Origin: a virus | Taxonomy: Duplodnaviria > Heunggongvirae > Uroviricota > Caudoviricetes | Strand: one strand, 5' to 3' | IMG/VR virus record: IMGVR_UViG_3300028025_000093 | Coordinates: 24,650 to 88,649 of that record | DNA length: 64,000 bases | Shown here: positions 33,848 to 44,560 of the stretch, piece after piece | How the letters are laid out: each line of letters begins with the position of its first letter | Numbering within the stretch: the first letter of the stretch is position 1 | Translations under genes and position numbers: made by a program | The notes under the pieces: generated by a model | Told to the model about the DNA's origin: nothing | Seen by the model: the letters and a program-made list of their open reading frames with translations, nothing else | Database searches by the model: none

Positions 33848-34990
33848 ATGCCAAACGCAGATAGAACAGCAGCAGAACAGGCTTTACAAGAAAGACTGAA
33901 AACCTCAACAAAATCATTCCAAGGTGGACCTCTGGAAAGAACTACTTTTGCTGATGGTAAATACGACATTAAAAACCACTCATATCCATCCAATTTGATG
34001 AGTTATGAATATGGTGGTAACTACGTTATTTTTTATATTAACGTGGCAGTCGAGTCAAAGCTATTCAACGATAAAACCATACAAACCGTAGCTGACGTTC
34101 CACCACGTCTACGCAGTAATGGTTTAATTGCTCAGAATGAACGACTATTTGGCAATGGTAGTGCTGGTGTAGATAAAGTAAAATTTGTTGGATTAAATGC
34201 AGCTGGACAAGTTATTGAAGGTGCAGTTGGTGGTGGTTTGCTAGCAGGTAAGGGTGGTGCTGTTGCTGGTGCAGCTTTAAATGCCGCACCTGCAGCTATT
34301 GGTATTGGTGCTGCAGCAACTCAAGCTGCATCTATTACTCGTGCTCAGAAAAGACTAAAAACTGCAATCGCCTTACATGTACCAAACCAATTAAATATTC
34401 GATACGGTGTAAGCTACTCTGAAGAAGATACGTTTGCATATCAAGCAGCTGCTGGTGGTGCTGAGGCTATTTCTAAATTTCTAGGTAAGGGTGGTAAAGC
34501 CAGTGAATTGGGCAATGATGCCGCAGCTATGGTTGGTGCCATGGGATTGAAGAGCGATAAGCAAGGTGCTGCTGCTTCAGCAGCCATGGGTCTTGCGGCA
34601 AATCCAAAGAAAGAACAACTATTCAAAAGCGTAGACTTTAGAACTTTCCAATTTGATTATCAATTCTTCCCAAGAGATATTGGTGAAGCTGAAAACGTAT
34701 TGCGTATTATTGAGCAATTCAAGTATCATATGCATCCAGAGTTTAAAGACACAAACCAGTTTTTATACATCTACCCATCTGAGTTTGATATTGCGTATTA
34801 TCAAGATGGTAAAGAAAACAAAAATCTACATCGTCACACTTCGTGCGTTCTTACAGAGATGAGTATTAATTACACACCTAACGGACAGTTCAATTCTTTC
34901 GCCAATGGTATGCCTACTCAAATTAACGTAGTGTTAAACTTTAAAGAACTTTCTACTCTTACCAAAGATCTTATTAAGGAAGGTTTATAA
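33848..34990 (+). CDS. 48: Baseplate tail-tube cap gp48-like
   Basis: NPKKEQLFKSVDFRTFQFDYQFFP, FLYIYPSEF, CVLTEMSINY. Confidence 0.85.
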   Translation: MPNADRTAAEQALQERLKTSTKSFQGGPLERTTFADGKYDIKNHSYPSNLMSYEYGGNYVIFYINVAVESKLFNDKTIQTVADVPPRLRSNGLIAQNERLFGNGSAGVDKVKFVGLNAAGQVIEGAVGGGLLAGKGGAVAGAALNAAPAAIGIGAAATQAASITRAQKRLKTAIALHVPNQLNIRYGVSYSEEDTFAYQAAAGGAEAISKFLGKGGKASELGNDAAAMVGAMGLKSDKQGAAASAAMGLAANPKKEQLFKSVDFRTFQFDYQFFPRDIGEAENVLRIIEQFKYHMHPEFKDTNQFLYIYPSEFDIAYYQDGKENKNLHRHTSCVLTEMSINYTPNGQFNSFANGMPTQINVVLNFKELSTLTKDLIKEGL

Positions 34991-35484
34991 TGTACTTTCA
35001 AGATTTCCCAAATTTCCTTTATGATTTTGAGTTTACTAAAAATAAACGTGATGCACTTGTAATAACTGACATTACTCGCAACATTCGTTTCCGTAGAGAT
35101 GTATTGGCAAACATTACAGTATACGATGAGTATGATGTTATGGATGGTGAAACACCAGAGATAGTTGCCGAGAAAATTTACGGTAATGCTGAGTACCACT
35201 GGATTGTTATGTTAGTCAATGAACGCTTTGATTATAGAAAAGACTGGGTATTATCAATACCAAGACTAGAAGAATTCATCGCAGCCAAATATGGCGCACA
35301 ATCAGATGCTATTCATCACTATGAGGATAGTAAAGGTAATATTGTTCATGCAACAGCATCAGGTGCAGTTTCAGTTTCAAATCGCCAGTACGAAGAATAT
35401 GAAAACGAAAAGAAACGCAGAATTAAAATAGTTTCTCCTGCACTAATTGATACTGTTTTAAATAACTTTAAAGACTTATTATAA
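34990..35484 (+). CDS. 53: Baseplate wedge gp53 (LysM-like)
   Basis: MYFQDFP, GETPEIVAEKIYG, HWIVMLVN. Confidence 0.88.
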   Translation: MYFQDFPNFLYDFEFTKNKRDALVITDITRNIRFRRDVLANITVYDEYDVMDGETPEIVAEKIYGNAEYHWIVMLVNERFDYRKDWVLSIPRLEEFIAAKYGAQSDAIHHYEDSKGNIVHATASGAVSVSNRQYEEYENEKKRRIKIVSPALIDTVLNNFKDLL

Positions 35485-36764
35485 TGCAACCTTCAAGTGT
35501 ATTAAGATTTGCTGGTGACGTAACAATAAACAAAGTTCTTGTTATTACACCAAGCGGATTTTATCAAGATATTGCCAACCAAGTTAAAGGTATTCAAATC
35601 TTTGAAGATTTGTTATCGCCATTTATCACAGGTTCAATAGTAGTAAAAGATTCCTTAGATTTAATGAACCTATTCCCATTCGTTGGTGAAGAATTCTTAG
35701 AGTTAGATGTAACAACACCTACTCTAAAAGAAGGTAATATAAAAGGTAAATTTTATATTTACAAAATGACTGATCGTGAACTAATTGGGGATAAAGCAGT
35801 TGCGTACCAATTACACTTTACCTCACAAGAGTCATTATTAGATTTAAACAAATCAATTAGTAAATCATTCTCTGGTAAAGTCTCTGATATTGCCACCAAG
35901 TTTTTAATGGATAAAACTATTGGATTGCAATCTACTAAAAATAATATTGTAGAGCAAACTTCCAATGAAACCAAGTATGTATCAAACTTTTGGTCACCTG
36001 TTAAAAACTTAGTTTATCTAACAGAACAAGCACTTAATAAAAGTGGTTCGCCAACATACGTATTCTTTGAGAATCGTGACGGATATAATTTCGTTTCACT
36101 TGAATCATTATACAAGAAACCTGTTAAACACAGTTTCATTAAAGACAACTACACCAGAGATGCACGTGGAACTACAGGATCTGTTAAGAATGTTCAAGAA
36201 GATTATAAACGTATAACTGACTTAAAAATTCCAGTGGGTATCGATTACATTGATAGAATTCAAAGTGGTGTGTATGCTTCCAGAATGTATTCATATGATC
36301 TAGCCACAAAGAAAGTTGAAAGTAAAAACTTTAGCGCAGTGGAAAAATTTAATCAAAGAAGCCACTTAAATGAGTTTCCAGCTTATTCTAAAAAAGTTAT
36401 CTCACGTTATGGTGCTAAACTATTTAATGAGTTAAAGTATTACAATAACTTTAGTAACTTTGGAGATGCTACTCCAACCAAGAGCATTCAAGAACGCATT
36501 TCTTTAATGAAGCAATCTGAATCTACTAAAATTGAAATTACAGTTCCAGGTCGTTGTGACTATACTGTTGGACAAAAAGTAGATATTAAACTATACAAAG
36601 CACAACCTACTAGTAAGAATGATAATAAAACCTTGGATAATATGTTCTCAGGCAACTATATTATTTCTGCTATAAATCATATGATAACAAGAGAAATGCA
36701 CGAGTGTTCTATGGAACTAATAAAAGATTCTCTATTAGTAAATCTTGATGGGAAAACCAAATAA
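35484..36764 (+). CDS. Baseplate hub protein (gp27-like)
   Basis: IFEDLLSPFITGSI, FFENRDGYNFVSL, VPG...TVGQ; position between 53 and 5. Confidence 0.7.
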   Translation: MQPSSVLRFAGDVTINKVLVITPSGFYQDIANQVKGIQIFEDLLSPFITGSIVVKDSLDLMNLFPFVGEEFLELDVTTPTLKEGNIKGKFYIYKMTDRELIGDKAVAYQLHFTSQESLLDLNKSISKSFSGKVSDIATKFLMDKTIGLQSTKNNIVEQTSNETKYVSNFWSPVKNLVYLTEQALNKSGSPTYVFFENRDGYNFVSLESLYKKPVKHSFIKDNYTRDARGTTGSVKNVQEDYKRITDLKIPVGIDYIDRIQSGVYASRMYSYDLATKKVESKNFSAVEKFNQRSHLNEFPAYSKKVISRYGAKLFNELKYYNNFSNFGDATPTKSIQERISLMKQSESTKIEITVPGRCDYTVGQKVDIKLYKAQPTSKNDNKTLDNMFSGNYIISAINHMITREMHECSMELIKDSLLVNLDGKTK

Positions 36765-39598
36765 TGAATTTATTCACAGGCGTAGTTGAAAACAGACAAG
36801 ACCCATTAAAGTTAGGTCGTTGTCAAGTTAGAATTGTTGGTATTCATACCGATGATAAAACACTTTTACCAACAGCAGACTTACCTTGGGCGTATCCCGT
36901 TCAACCAGTAACTTCTGCGGCAATTAGTGGTATTGGTAATTCACCAGTTGGTCCAGTTCCAGGAACTTGGGTTGTTGTTATGTTCCGCGATGAAGATCAA
37001 CAGATGCCTATTATTATGGGTACTATTGGTGGCATTCCGCAGACTAAGTCTGGTGCAAGAGCACTTGATGACTCAAATGATTCTATTCTACCAACAGATG
37101 GTGGATATCTAACTTCCAGCGATGGAACAGTTGTAACAGATGGATCTGGTAATCCAATTACAACTGGTACTAACCAAGCAAATAATTCTGCGCCAACCAC
37201 ACCAACTCCTGCTGCAGTTCCAGTAGCTAAGAGTGGTGACACAATAACTAAATTAACACCACCACCAAAGTCAGGTGCTACGAATAAAGCAACTGATGGT
37301 ATTAAAGCATTGATTGCAGCTTGCGATAAAGTTGGATTAACTACAAAGTATGCTAAAGCTGCTTTGTTGGGTATTGCTGGTGGAGAATCTAAATGGGTTC
37401 CACAATTAGAAGCGTACAACTACAATCCAGTTAGATTAAAACAAATCTTTTCCACAGCAACACCTGAAGTGGTTGAACGATATTCGTTTGCCTCTAAAAA
37501 GGGTATGTCCAGAGAAGAATTCTTTCAATTCTTTTATGGACCAGATTTCCGTGGTAAAAACTTCTTGGGGAATAAAACCAACCAAGATGGTGGTAAGTAT
37601 TTTGGACGTGGCTTTATTCAATTAACTGGTCGTGGCAACTATGAACGCTACAATAAACTGGCCAATCAAAAGTTTGGATTGAATTTAGATATTGCTAATA
37701 ATCCTGATTCACTGGATCAAGACTTAGAAACTTCTGCCTTAATTGCTGCAATTTATATTACCGACCGAGTTAAAGGTTGGGAAAAGTTAATGTATGAGCC
37801 AGGATTCTTTCAAGCTGCTAAGAATGCCGTTGGTGTAAACTCTCCAGATATTGCCCTAGTTAAACAACAGTACTATGAATATTTCTTGGATGGTTCAAAC
37901 GATCCAGTTTCCACAAATAAAAATGCAACTGCTACTGAGCCAAACTTAACACCTGAAGAAATAGCGAAAGCATCACCAGAAAAACAAGAAGCGTATAAAG
38001 AAGATCGTTCAGGAAACTCTGCTCAGTATGGATTTACAGATCCTAGTGGCAAGTATCCACTGCGTGACCATATGAACGAATCAGATACTAATCGTCTGGC
38101 ACGTGGTATTATTGACGGAACTTGTTTTAAGTTTAAAGATGCTGTTCGCAAACAAGATATTCCAATCACTGGTGGGAAAACTTGGTCACAACCACTATCA
38201 GCTTACAACACAGTTTATCCATATAACAAAGTTATGGAAACTGAGTCTGGTCACATTATGGAGTTCGATGATTCTCCTGATGGTGAGCGTATACACTTAT
38301 ATCACCGTAAGGGTACATTCTTAGAGATTGATCCAAATGGTTCACAAACAAACTTTATCGTTGGCGATGGTTATCAAATCGTACTACGCAACAATAACAT
38401 TTATATTGTTGGTACAGCAAATTTAACTGTTGGTGGAAATATCAATATTCTTTGCCAAGGCGACGCTAAGATTGAAGTTGAAGGTCGCAGTAATATCGCA
38501 CTAAAAGGTGATGCTGAGTTGGGAGTTGCTGGAAACTTAGATATGACTGTTGGTGGAGATTATAAACTTAAAGTTGATGGTGACTATAATATAGAAACAA
38601 CCAACCTAACAACAAAGACTTCTGGTTATCAGATTCACGATTCTGCTGCAGACTGGTCAGTTAAATCTGCGGGTAATGTTGCAGTTAATGCTGGTGGAAA
38701 CTTTAATGCTGACTACGCAGAAATGCAATTTGCCAATGGTCAAGCAGAAGTTGAAGACGCACCTACTACTGGTTTAACTGCTCCAGAATTGATTAATGCT
38801 GTTATTGCAGATTTTAAAAATATGGAACCACCAGAAAGATCGTTTGAAGATATTGCTAAGTTTGAAACTCCTGATGAGTGGGTAACTCCAGAAGGACAAC
38901 TAGAGAAAGAAAAGCAATACGATACTCCTTCATACAAAGCACCAGAAAATAAAAATGGTGATGCTCAAGAAGCAGCAGTACCTCCACCAAATAAAGTTGA
39001 GGGTAAGAAAATCGATACTGCACCATTCTACAATACCACTGACTTCCCACCATCATACAAGTTGTCAAAGAACTTTACTGTTGGACATTTAATAGAACCA
39101 TCTGTTATCCTACGTGATGCAACTATTATGGGTAAACTGTTCAGTAAGCAAGATATTATTGCAAACTTGGCAGCACTTGCAACAAATGTGGGTGAACCAA
39201 TATATGATTTATATGGTCCAACCAGTGGTAAATTTGCGGCAATGTCTTCAAAGGGATTGTGGTGCATCAATTCTGGATTACGTAATGGTACAAATAATTC
39301 TGAGCATAATATGGGTAGAGCCATGGATCTTAGATTTAATCCAAAACGATCTTTTGAAGAAATGTGGAAGTTGGCTGTTGAATTAGAAAAGATTTTACCT
39401 TACAATCAATTGATTTTAGAATATAGAAAACCTGGAGCAAATTATAATCCAGGTCCAGGATGGATGAATTGGATTCATATTTCATACTCAACTGAAGGTA
39501 ATAAGAAACAAGCATTCACTATGATTGATGATAAATCTGTTGACTCAAAGGGTAATGTAGCACCTGGTACTCGTGGATTATTCTTGTTTGGTAATTAA
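36764..39598 (+). CDS. 5: Baseplate spike gp5-like with GH19-like and C-terminal M15 peptidase domains
   Basis: OB-fold GVVENRQDPLKLGRCQVR; YFGRGFIQLTGRGNY; YPYNKVMETESGH; SGLR..SEH..G.AMD..WIHIS. Confidence 0.9.
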   Translation: MNLFTGVVENRQDPLKLGRCQVRIVGIHTDDKTLLPTADLPWAYPVQPVTSAAISGIGNSPVGPVPGTWVVVMFRDEDQQMPIIMGTIGGIPQTKSGARALDDSNDSILPTDGGYLTSSDGTVVTDGSGNPITTGTNQANNSAPTTPTPAAVPVAKSGDTITKLTPPPKSGATNKATDGIKALIAACDKVGLTTKYAKAALLGIAGGESKWVPQLEAYNYNPVRLKQIFSTATPEVVERYSFASKKGMSREEFFQFFYGPDFRGKNFLGNKTNQDGGKYFGRGFIQLTGRGNYERYNKLANQKFGLNLDIANNPDSLDQDLETSALIAAIYITDRVKGWEKLMYEPGFFQAAKNAVGVNSPDIALVKQQYYEYFLDGSNDPVSTNKNATATEPNLTPEEIAKASPEKQEAYKEDRSGNSAQYGFTDPSGKYPLRDHMNESDTNRLARGIIDGTCFKFKDAVRKQDIPITGGKTWSQPLSAYNTVYPYNKVMETESGHIMEFDDSPDGERIHLYHRKGTFLEIDPNGSQTNFIVGDGYQIVLRNNNIYIVGTANLTVGGNINILCQGDAKIEVEGRSNIALKGDAELGVAGNLDMTVGGDYKLKVDGDYNIETTNLTTKTSGYQIHDSAADWSVKSAGNVAVNAGGNFNADYAEMQFANGQAEVEDAPTTGLTAPELINAVIADFKNMEPPERSFEDIAKFETPDEWVTPEGQLEKEKQYDTPSYKAPENKNGDAQEAAVPPPNKVEGKKIDTAPFYNTTDFPPSYKLSKNFTVGHLIEPSVILRDATIMGKLFSKQDIIANLAALATNVGEPIYDLYGPTSGKFAAMSSKGLWCINSGLRNGTNNSEHNMGRAMDLRFNPKRSFEEMWKLAVELEKILPYNQLILEYRKPGANYNPGPGWMNWIHISYSTEGNKKQAFTMIDDKSVDSKGNVAPGTRGLFLFGN

Positions 39599-40065
39599 TG
39601 TTTAACCCAACAGAATCAGTTTTATATGGACCAGATCAGTTAAACGAACTGGTCAACTTTACACAGACGATTACGTATACGAACGATGAAGTTCTTTATC
39701 CAGGTGAGACTTGGGAAGTTTCAATAGTATCCAGTGAAGTTAATGCAACTGTTAATATTACGGGTGGAACTATAAGTGGTTACTATTCATCGGCATTTGA
39801 CGGATATTCAATAACATATTTAAACAGATCTAATGAATATAAAACTGCACCAGCTTGGTCACAGATAGCAAATGCCAGAGAGATTGTTAATTATACCCCA
39901 GCTATGATTCAATATAAAATATTTACGTATACTGCCACTGCAACTAGTAGCCCATCTAATATGACTGAAACTAAACAGTATCAGATTACCGTCACTAATA
40001 ATTGGACAGTTGGGTTAAACTTATTAAAAGCAGCTATTGCTCAAACTATTGCGGAGAGAACATAA
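39598..40065 (+). CDS. Hypothetical virion protein
   Basis: ORF in baseplate operon. Confidence 0.65.
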   Translation: MFNPTESVLYGPDQLNELVNFTQTITYTNDEVLYPGETWEVSIVSSEVNATVNITGGTISGYYSSAFDGYSITYLNRSNEYKTAPAWSQIANAREIVNYTPAMIQYKIFTYTATATSSPSNMTETKQYQITVTNNWTVGLNLLKAAIAQTIAERT

Positions 40066-40367
40066 TGCCAGCCGTAGCCAGAAAAGACGATTTATCTACA
40101 GGACACGGATGTTTCCCACCAACAGCCTTAACTGTTACTGTGGCTACAAAGAGTTATTTTAATGGTAAGCTGGTAGCATTAAAGGATAATGGTACTCAGT
40201 TTGTGCAGCACGTATGTGGTAGAACTACTCATACTCAAAGTCAGAGATTTATTAGTAGTGGTTCTTCCAAGACTTTTATTGAAGGTAAAGCCGTAGCAAG
40301 AATCGGGGATGATATTGCTTGCGGAGATGCAATTGCTCAAGGATCCCCCAACAGTTTCGTAGAATAA
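40065..40367 (+). CDS. PAAR spike-tip protein (gp5.4-like)
   Basis: MPAVAR.DD..TGHGCFPP, HVC, AVARIGD..ACG. Confidence 0.88.
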   Translation: MPAVARKDDLSTGHGCFPPTALTVTVATKSYFNGKLVALKDNGTQFVQHVCGRTTHTQSQRFISSGSSKTFIEGKAVARIGDDIACGDAIAQGSPNSFVE

Positions 40368-40380
40368 GCTAAATAATAAG

Positions 40381-40773
40381 ATGGCACGCAATACTAGAAC
40401 TTTTTCGGACTTAGACTTAAATTTCACTGCTCACCCAGTGACTAAAGACATTACACGTCGCTTTGACGAGAATGCCATTAAAACTAGCCTAAGAAACCTA
40501 ATCTTAACATCAAACTATGAAAGACCATTTCATAGTGAAATAGGTTCACCAATTAAACGATTGTTGTTTGAACCAGCAACTCCAATGACTCAAGTTATGA
40601 TTAAAAAAGCAGTAGAAGATACTGTTATTAACTTTGAGCCTAGAGTACAATTACTTGAAGTTGACGTTAATGTGAGTGGGGATAATAATTCAGTATACGT
40701 CAGCATTTATTTTAAAATCGTAAACACCGAAAGACCTTTGAGTCTAGACCTCGTATTAGAGAGAACACGATAA
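40381..40773 (+). CDS. 25: Baseplate wedge gp25
   Basis: FSDLDLNF, YERPFHSEIGS, FEPRV; CTAAATA at 40369. Confidence 0.9.
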   Translation: MARNTRTFSDLDLNFTAHPVTKDITRRFDENAIKTSLRNLILTSNYERPFHSEIGSPIKRLLFEPATPMTQVMIKKAVEDTVINFEPRVQLLEVDVNVSGDNNSVYVSIYFKIVNTERPLSLDLVLERTR

Positions 40774-42650
40774 TGGCTAATAAAAAAATCAACGTAGCAG
40801 AATTAGATTTTGATGGAATTAAACAAAATCTAAAAACCTTTTTAAAGGGTCAAACTGAATTTCAAGATTATGATTTTGAAGGTTCTGGTATGAGCATTCT
40901 TATGGACGTGTTGGCATACAACACTCACTACAATGCATTATATAATAACTTGACTATCAATGAGATGTTCTTGGATTCTGCTTCAAAGAGAAATAGTGTT
41001 GTATCTCTTGCTAAAATGTTGGGTTACGTTCCAAGATCTTGCTCTTGCTCAAGAGCTAAAGTTAGATTAACTGTAAATAATGGTATTATTGGACCAAGTT
41101 CTCTAACTCTACCTGCAAACTCAACTTTTGCCACCCAAGTTGATGGTGTTCAGTATAACTTTTATACCACATCTCAGTATACAATTTCTGGTGCAGGTAC
41201 TTCTTATACATTCGACAATGTTGAGATTATTGAAGGAACACCACTAACATTCCAGTGGGAATATACTACTGGTGCTAGATTTATTATACCGAATTCAAAT
41301 ATTGATCTTACTACTTTAAAAGTTAAAGTTCAAGAATCTATAAATTCTACAAAGTATGAAACTTATACTAGCTCTTCAGATATTACTACTGCAGATTCAA
41401 CCACTAAAGTTTATTTTATTAAAGAAATAGATGATGGTTTATACGAACTAACTTTTGGTGATGGTATTATTGGTAAACAACTAACTGTTGGTAATGTTGT
41501 TCATGCTGATTATATGGCGTCTTCTTTGAGTGCGCCAAATGGAGCTAGAATATTTAATTATAATGGCGAAACCCTAATCAACAACTCAACGAATCTTGTT
41601 AGTACGCTAGCTATTGCAGCAGGTGGTTCTGGTGCTGAGGATATTGAGTCAATTCGTTTCAACGCACCAAGAATGTATGCCACACAAAATCGCGCAGTAA
41701 CTCCAGAAGATTATAAAGCCATTATCTATTCAGCATTCCCTGACGCACAGTCTGTTTCAGTTTGGGGTGGTGAAGATAATAATCCACCAGTATATGGTAA
41801 AATATTTGTTTGCGTTAAACCAAAAGATGCCAATAAATTAACACAATTACAAAAAGCAAGTTTACTCTCAACTGTACTTACAAGCAAAAACGTAGTTTCT
41901 GTTACTCCTGAATTAGTAGACCCAGACTTTATCAATATCTCATTGAATGTAAATGTATATTACAATCCAAGAGAAACTACCAAAACTGCTCCAGAAATTG
42001 CTTCTCTTGTATCCCAAACTATATTTGCGTACGATGATAGTGACTTACAAAGATTTGATGGAGTATTCCGTTATTCTAAGCTATCTCGTTTAATTGATAC
42101 AACAGAAGACTCTATTACAAATAACATTATGACTGTGTTGTTACGTAGAAATATATCTCCACGTTACGGTGTTTCTGCTCAGTATATGTTGAACATAATT
42201 AACCCAATTGCATATTCTGAAGTTGCTGGTGGTTCTATTGCAACTACTGGGTTTTATATTGAAGGTAGTGATGATATTCACTACATTGACGATCTTAAAA
42301 CAGAATTACGTTTATTTAAATATGGCACAAACGCAGAAAAGATTATTATCAATGAACGAATTGGTACAATTGATCACGAAAAGGGTGTTCTAGATATTAG
42401 AAACTTAAACGTAGTTGCCTTAGCTGATATTGATTGGGAATGGACAGTTAAGCCAAGATCAAACGATGTAGTTTCTGCGCTAACCCAAATTGCTAAAATT
42501 GCCAGAGATCATATGTATGTAACAGCAATCCCTGATAACTCTTCATCTGGTGATTTACGTGCTGGCTATAACTATACATTCTCAGACTCATCAGCCACAG
42601 TTTTGGGCGATAAAGTTGGTAATAGTTCAGAGTTAATTAACAACCAATAA
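40773..42650 (+). CDS. 6: Baseplate wedge gp6
   Basis: ELDFDGIK, FQDYDFEGS, LAYNTHY, QNRAVT..DY, SVWGGED. Confidence 0.92.
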   Translation: MANKKINVAELDFDGIKQNLKTFLKGQTEFQDYDFEGSGMSILMDVLAYNTHYNALYNNLTINEMFLDSASKRNSVVSLAKMLGYVPRSCSCSRAKVRLTVNNGIIGPSSLTLPANSTFATQVDGVQYNFYTTSQYTISGAGTSYTFDNVEIIEGTPLTFQWEYTTGARFIIPNSNIDLTTLKVKVQESINSTKYETYTSSSDITTADSTTKVYFIKEIDDGLYELTFGDGIIGKQLTVGNVVHADYMASSLSAPNGARIFNYNGETLINNSTNLVSTLAIAAGGSGAEDIESIRFNAPRMYATQNRAVTPEDYKAIIYSAFPDAQSVSVWGGEDNNPPVYGKIFVCVKPKDANKLTQLQKASLLSTVLTSKNVVSVTPELVDPDFINISLNVNVYYNPRETTKTAPEIASLVSQTIFAYDDSDLQRFDGVFRYSKLSRLIDTTEDSITNNIMTVLLRRNISPRYGVSAQYMLNIINPIAYSEVAGGSIATTGFYIEGSDDIHYIDDLKTELRLFKYGTNAEKIIINERIGTIDHEKGVLDIRNLNVVALADIDWEWTVKPRSNDVVSALTQIAKIARDHMYVTAIPDNSSSGDLRAGYNYTFSDSSATVLGDKVGNSSELINNQ

Positions 42651-42662
42651 CGGGAGTAAACT

Positions 42663-44549
42663 GTGTCATTGGTTAAGCCAAAACTATCGTCATTAATACA
42701 ATCACAACTTCCAGAGTTTGTAAGAGAAGATCATAAGACGTTTGTAGCATTCCTTAAAGCGTACTACGATTATCTTGAAACACAAACTCCAGATGTAAAA
42801 AGCCTACGAGATCTAGATACTACTCTTGAGTCGTTTATCGTTCACTTTAAAAATGAACTTGCGCTAAACTTACCAAATAGTATTGAAACTGATCCTAGAT
42901 TTTTATTACAACATATTAAAGATCAGTACTTATCTAAAGGTTCTGAGGATTCGTACAGATTATTATTTAAATTACTATTCAATAAACCAGTAACTGTTGA
43001 TTATCCATCGAAACAGATGCTACGTGCTTCTGATGGTAAGTGGAATCAAGACGTTTCATTAATGGTTAAAGTTACCTCAGGGCATCCAGATCAAATCGTT
43101 GGTCGCTTAGTTGATGTTGTAACTCCAAGTAAAATCATTCGTATTCAAATCGATCGTCGTCAATATATTGAAGTTGAAATAGAACGTGTAACTAAAATCT
43201 CTGAAGATATTTACGAATTCTATATTGATCGTAGATACTTTGGTGATATTAGTGTTGGCGATCGTTTACGTTATAAGACAGACACCATTTATTTCACTGG
43301 TGATATTTTAGCCACAACGTCAAATCTTAAAGTATTAGTTCCAGGACAAGGATTTAAGGTTGGGCAACTTTATGGTATTCGTAATGGTCAGGGAACTGGT
43401 TCCATTATGAAAGTTACAAAAACTAGTAGTTCTGGTGGTATTATTGCTGCTGAATTTATTAAGTTTGGTACTGGCTATACAACGGATTTCACATCAACAA
43501 TCTACGCTGACTTGGGTCAGTCTGCAACAGGCACAGGTGGAAGTTCTTTACAAATCATCGGTGGAAATGTTAGTATTGTTGAATCTCTAGATGGGTTTAC
43601 TGAAGCTGGTACAATTAACATTGCCAACTATTGGTTATCGTACGGTGATGGTACTTATGCTGGTGAACTCTTGCGCGAGTTCGGTGACAGTGGTACTGGT
43701 TCTGCTGTATCAAGTCCCTTTGAACCTGCTGTTATTAAAATTAGTCTTGGTCCTCTTGCCAAATATCCTGGATACTACCTAAACAATGATGGTTTCTTGG
43801 ATGATGCTGTTTTTATTCAAGATAGTAGATTTTATCAAGCGTATTCTTATGTTATTAAAATTGATGAGCGTCTAGAAACTTATAAATCTTACGTTAAAAC
43901 ATTACTACACCCAGCAGGCATGGCTGTGTTTGGTGAGTATGATATTCGTAACGAATTTGATATTGGCATTGAACTACAATCAATGATCAAAATTCTTGCC
44001 GTCACTGAGCAAGATGAAGTATCTCTTGCAGATCGAATATCTGAATTGTTCATGACCAAAGGGTTTGAACATAGTGTATCAATGGCCAATGATTTCTTGC
44101 CATCTAAAGTATTGGCTAAATTATTAGCTGGTCACTTATTAAACGATAATGTCACGCCAGATGTAAATACAGCTATTTTAACCGATGGGATCACTTCCCG
44201 AGATTTCGGTAAGGGATTAAATGGTCATCTACTAAACGATGGCATAACTGTAGATAATAACGCAACAGTTATGCTTTCTGGTATAACTGCCAGAGATTTT
44301 GGTAAACGTCTTGATGATTTCCAACCCATGACAGACGCTATTAGTGCAAGAGATTTTGGTAAACGTCTTGATGATTTCTCTACCATTACTGAAATACCTT
44401 TGCTCAGTATTACTAAATATATTGATCCCACAATTTCTGGTGTAGATGAAACTATCCCTCAAGATAGTGGTGGATTTATGCTCGTAAACCCTTACGCTGA
44501 CGCAGGGTGGTTCTTAGAACAATACGTCGGCGAACCAATCAATTTCTAA
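42663..44549 (+). CDS. Baseplate wedge initiator gp7-like
   Basis: QLPEFVRE, YLSKGSE.SY.LLFK, IQDSRFYQ.YSYV, HPAGM. Confidence 0.7.
   Translation: MSLVKPKLSSLIQSQLPEFVREDHKTFVAFLKAYYDYLETQTPDVKSLRDLDTTLESFIVHFKNELALNLPNSIETDPRFLLQHIKDQYLSKGSEDSYRLLFKLLFNKPVTVDYPSKQMLRASDGKWNQDVSLMVKVTSGHPDQIVGRLVDVVTPSKIIRIQIDRRQYIEVEIERVTKISEDIYEFYIDRRYFGDISVGDRLRYKTDTIYFTGDILATTSNLKVLVPGQGFKVGQLYGIRNGQGTGSIMKVTKTSSSGGIIAAEFIKFGTGYTTDFTSTIYADLGQSATGTGGSSLQIIGGNVSIVESLDGFTEAGTINIANYWLSYGDGTYAGELLREFGDSGTGSAVSSPFEPAVIKISLGPLAKYPGYYLNNDGFLDDAVFIQDSRFYQAYSYVIKIDERLETYKSYVKTLLHPAGMAVFGEYDIRNEFDIGIELQSMIKILAVTEQDEVSLADRISELFMTKGFEHSVSMANDFLPSKVLAKLLAGHLLNDNVTPDVNTAILTDGITSRDFGKGLNGHLLNDGITVDNNATVMLSGITARDFGKRLDDFQPMTDAISARDFGKRLDDFSTITEIPLLSITKYIDPTISGVDETIPQDSGGFMLVNPYADAGWFLEQYVGEPINF
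44195..44380 (+). repeat. Imperfect coding repeats ((S/A)RDFGK x3; GHLLND x2 nearby)
   Basis: agagattttggtaaacgtcttgatgattt present twice exactly, third degenerate copy upstream. Confidence 0.8.
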
Positions 44550-44560
44550 AGGAGATTCAT

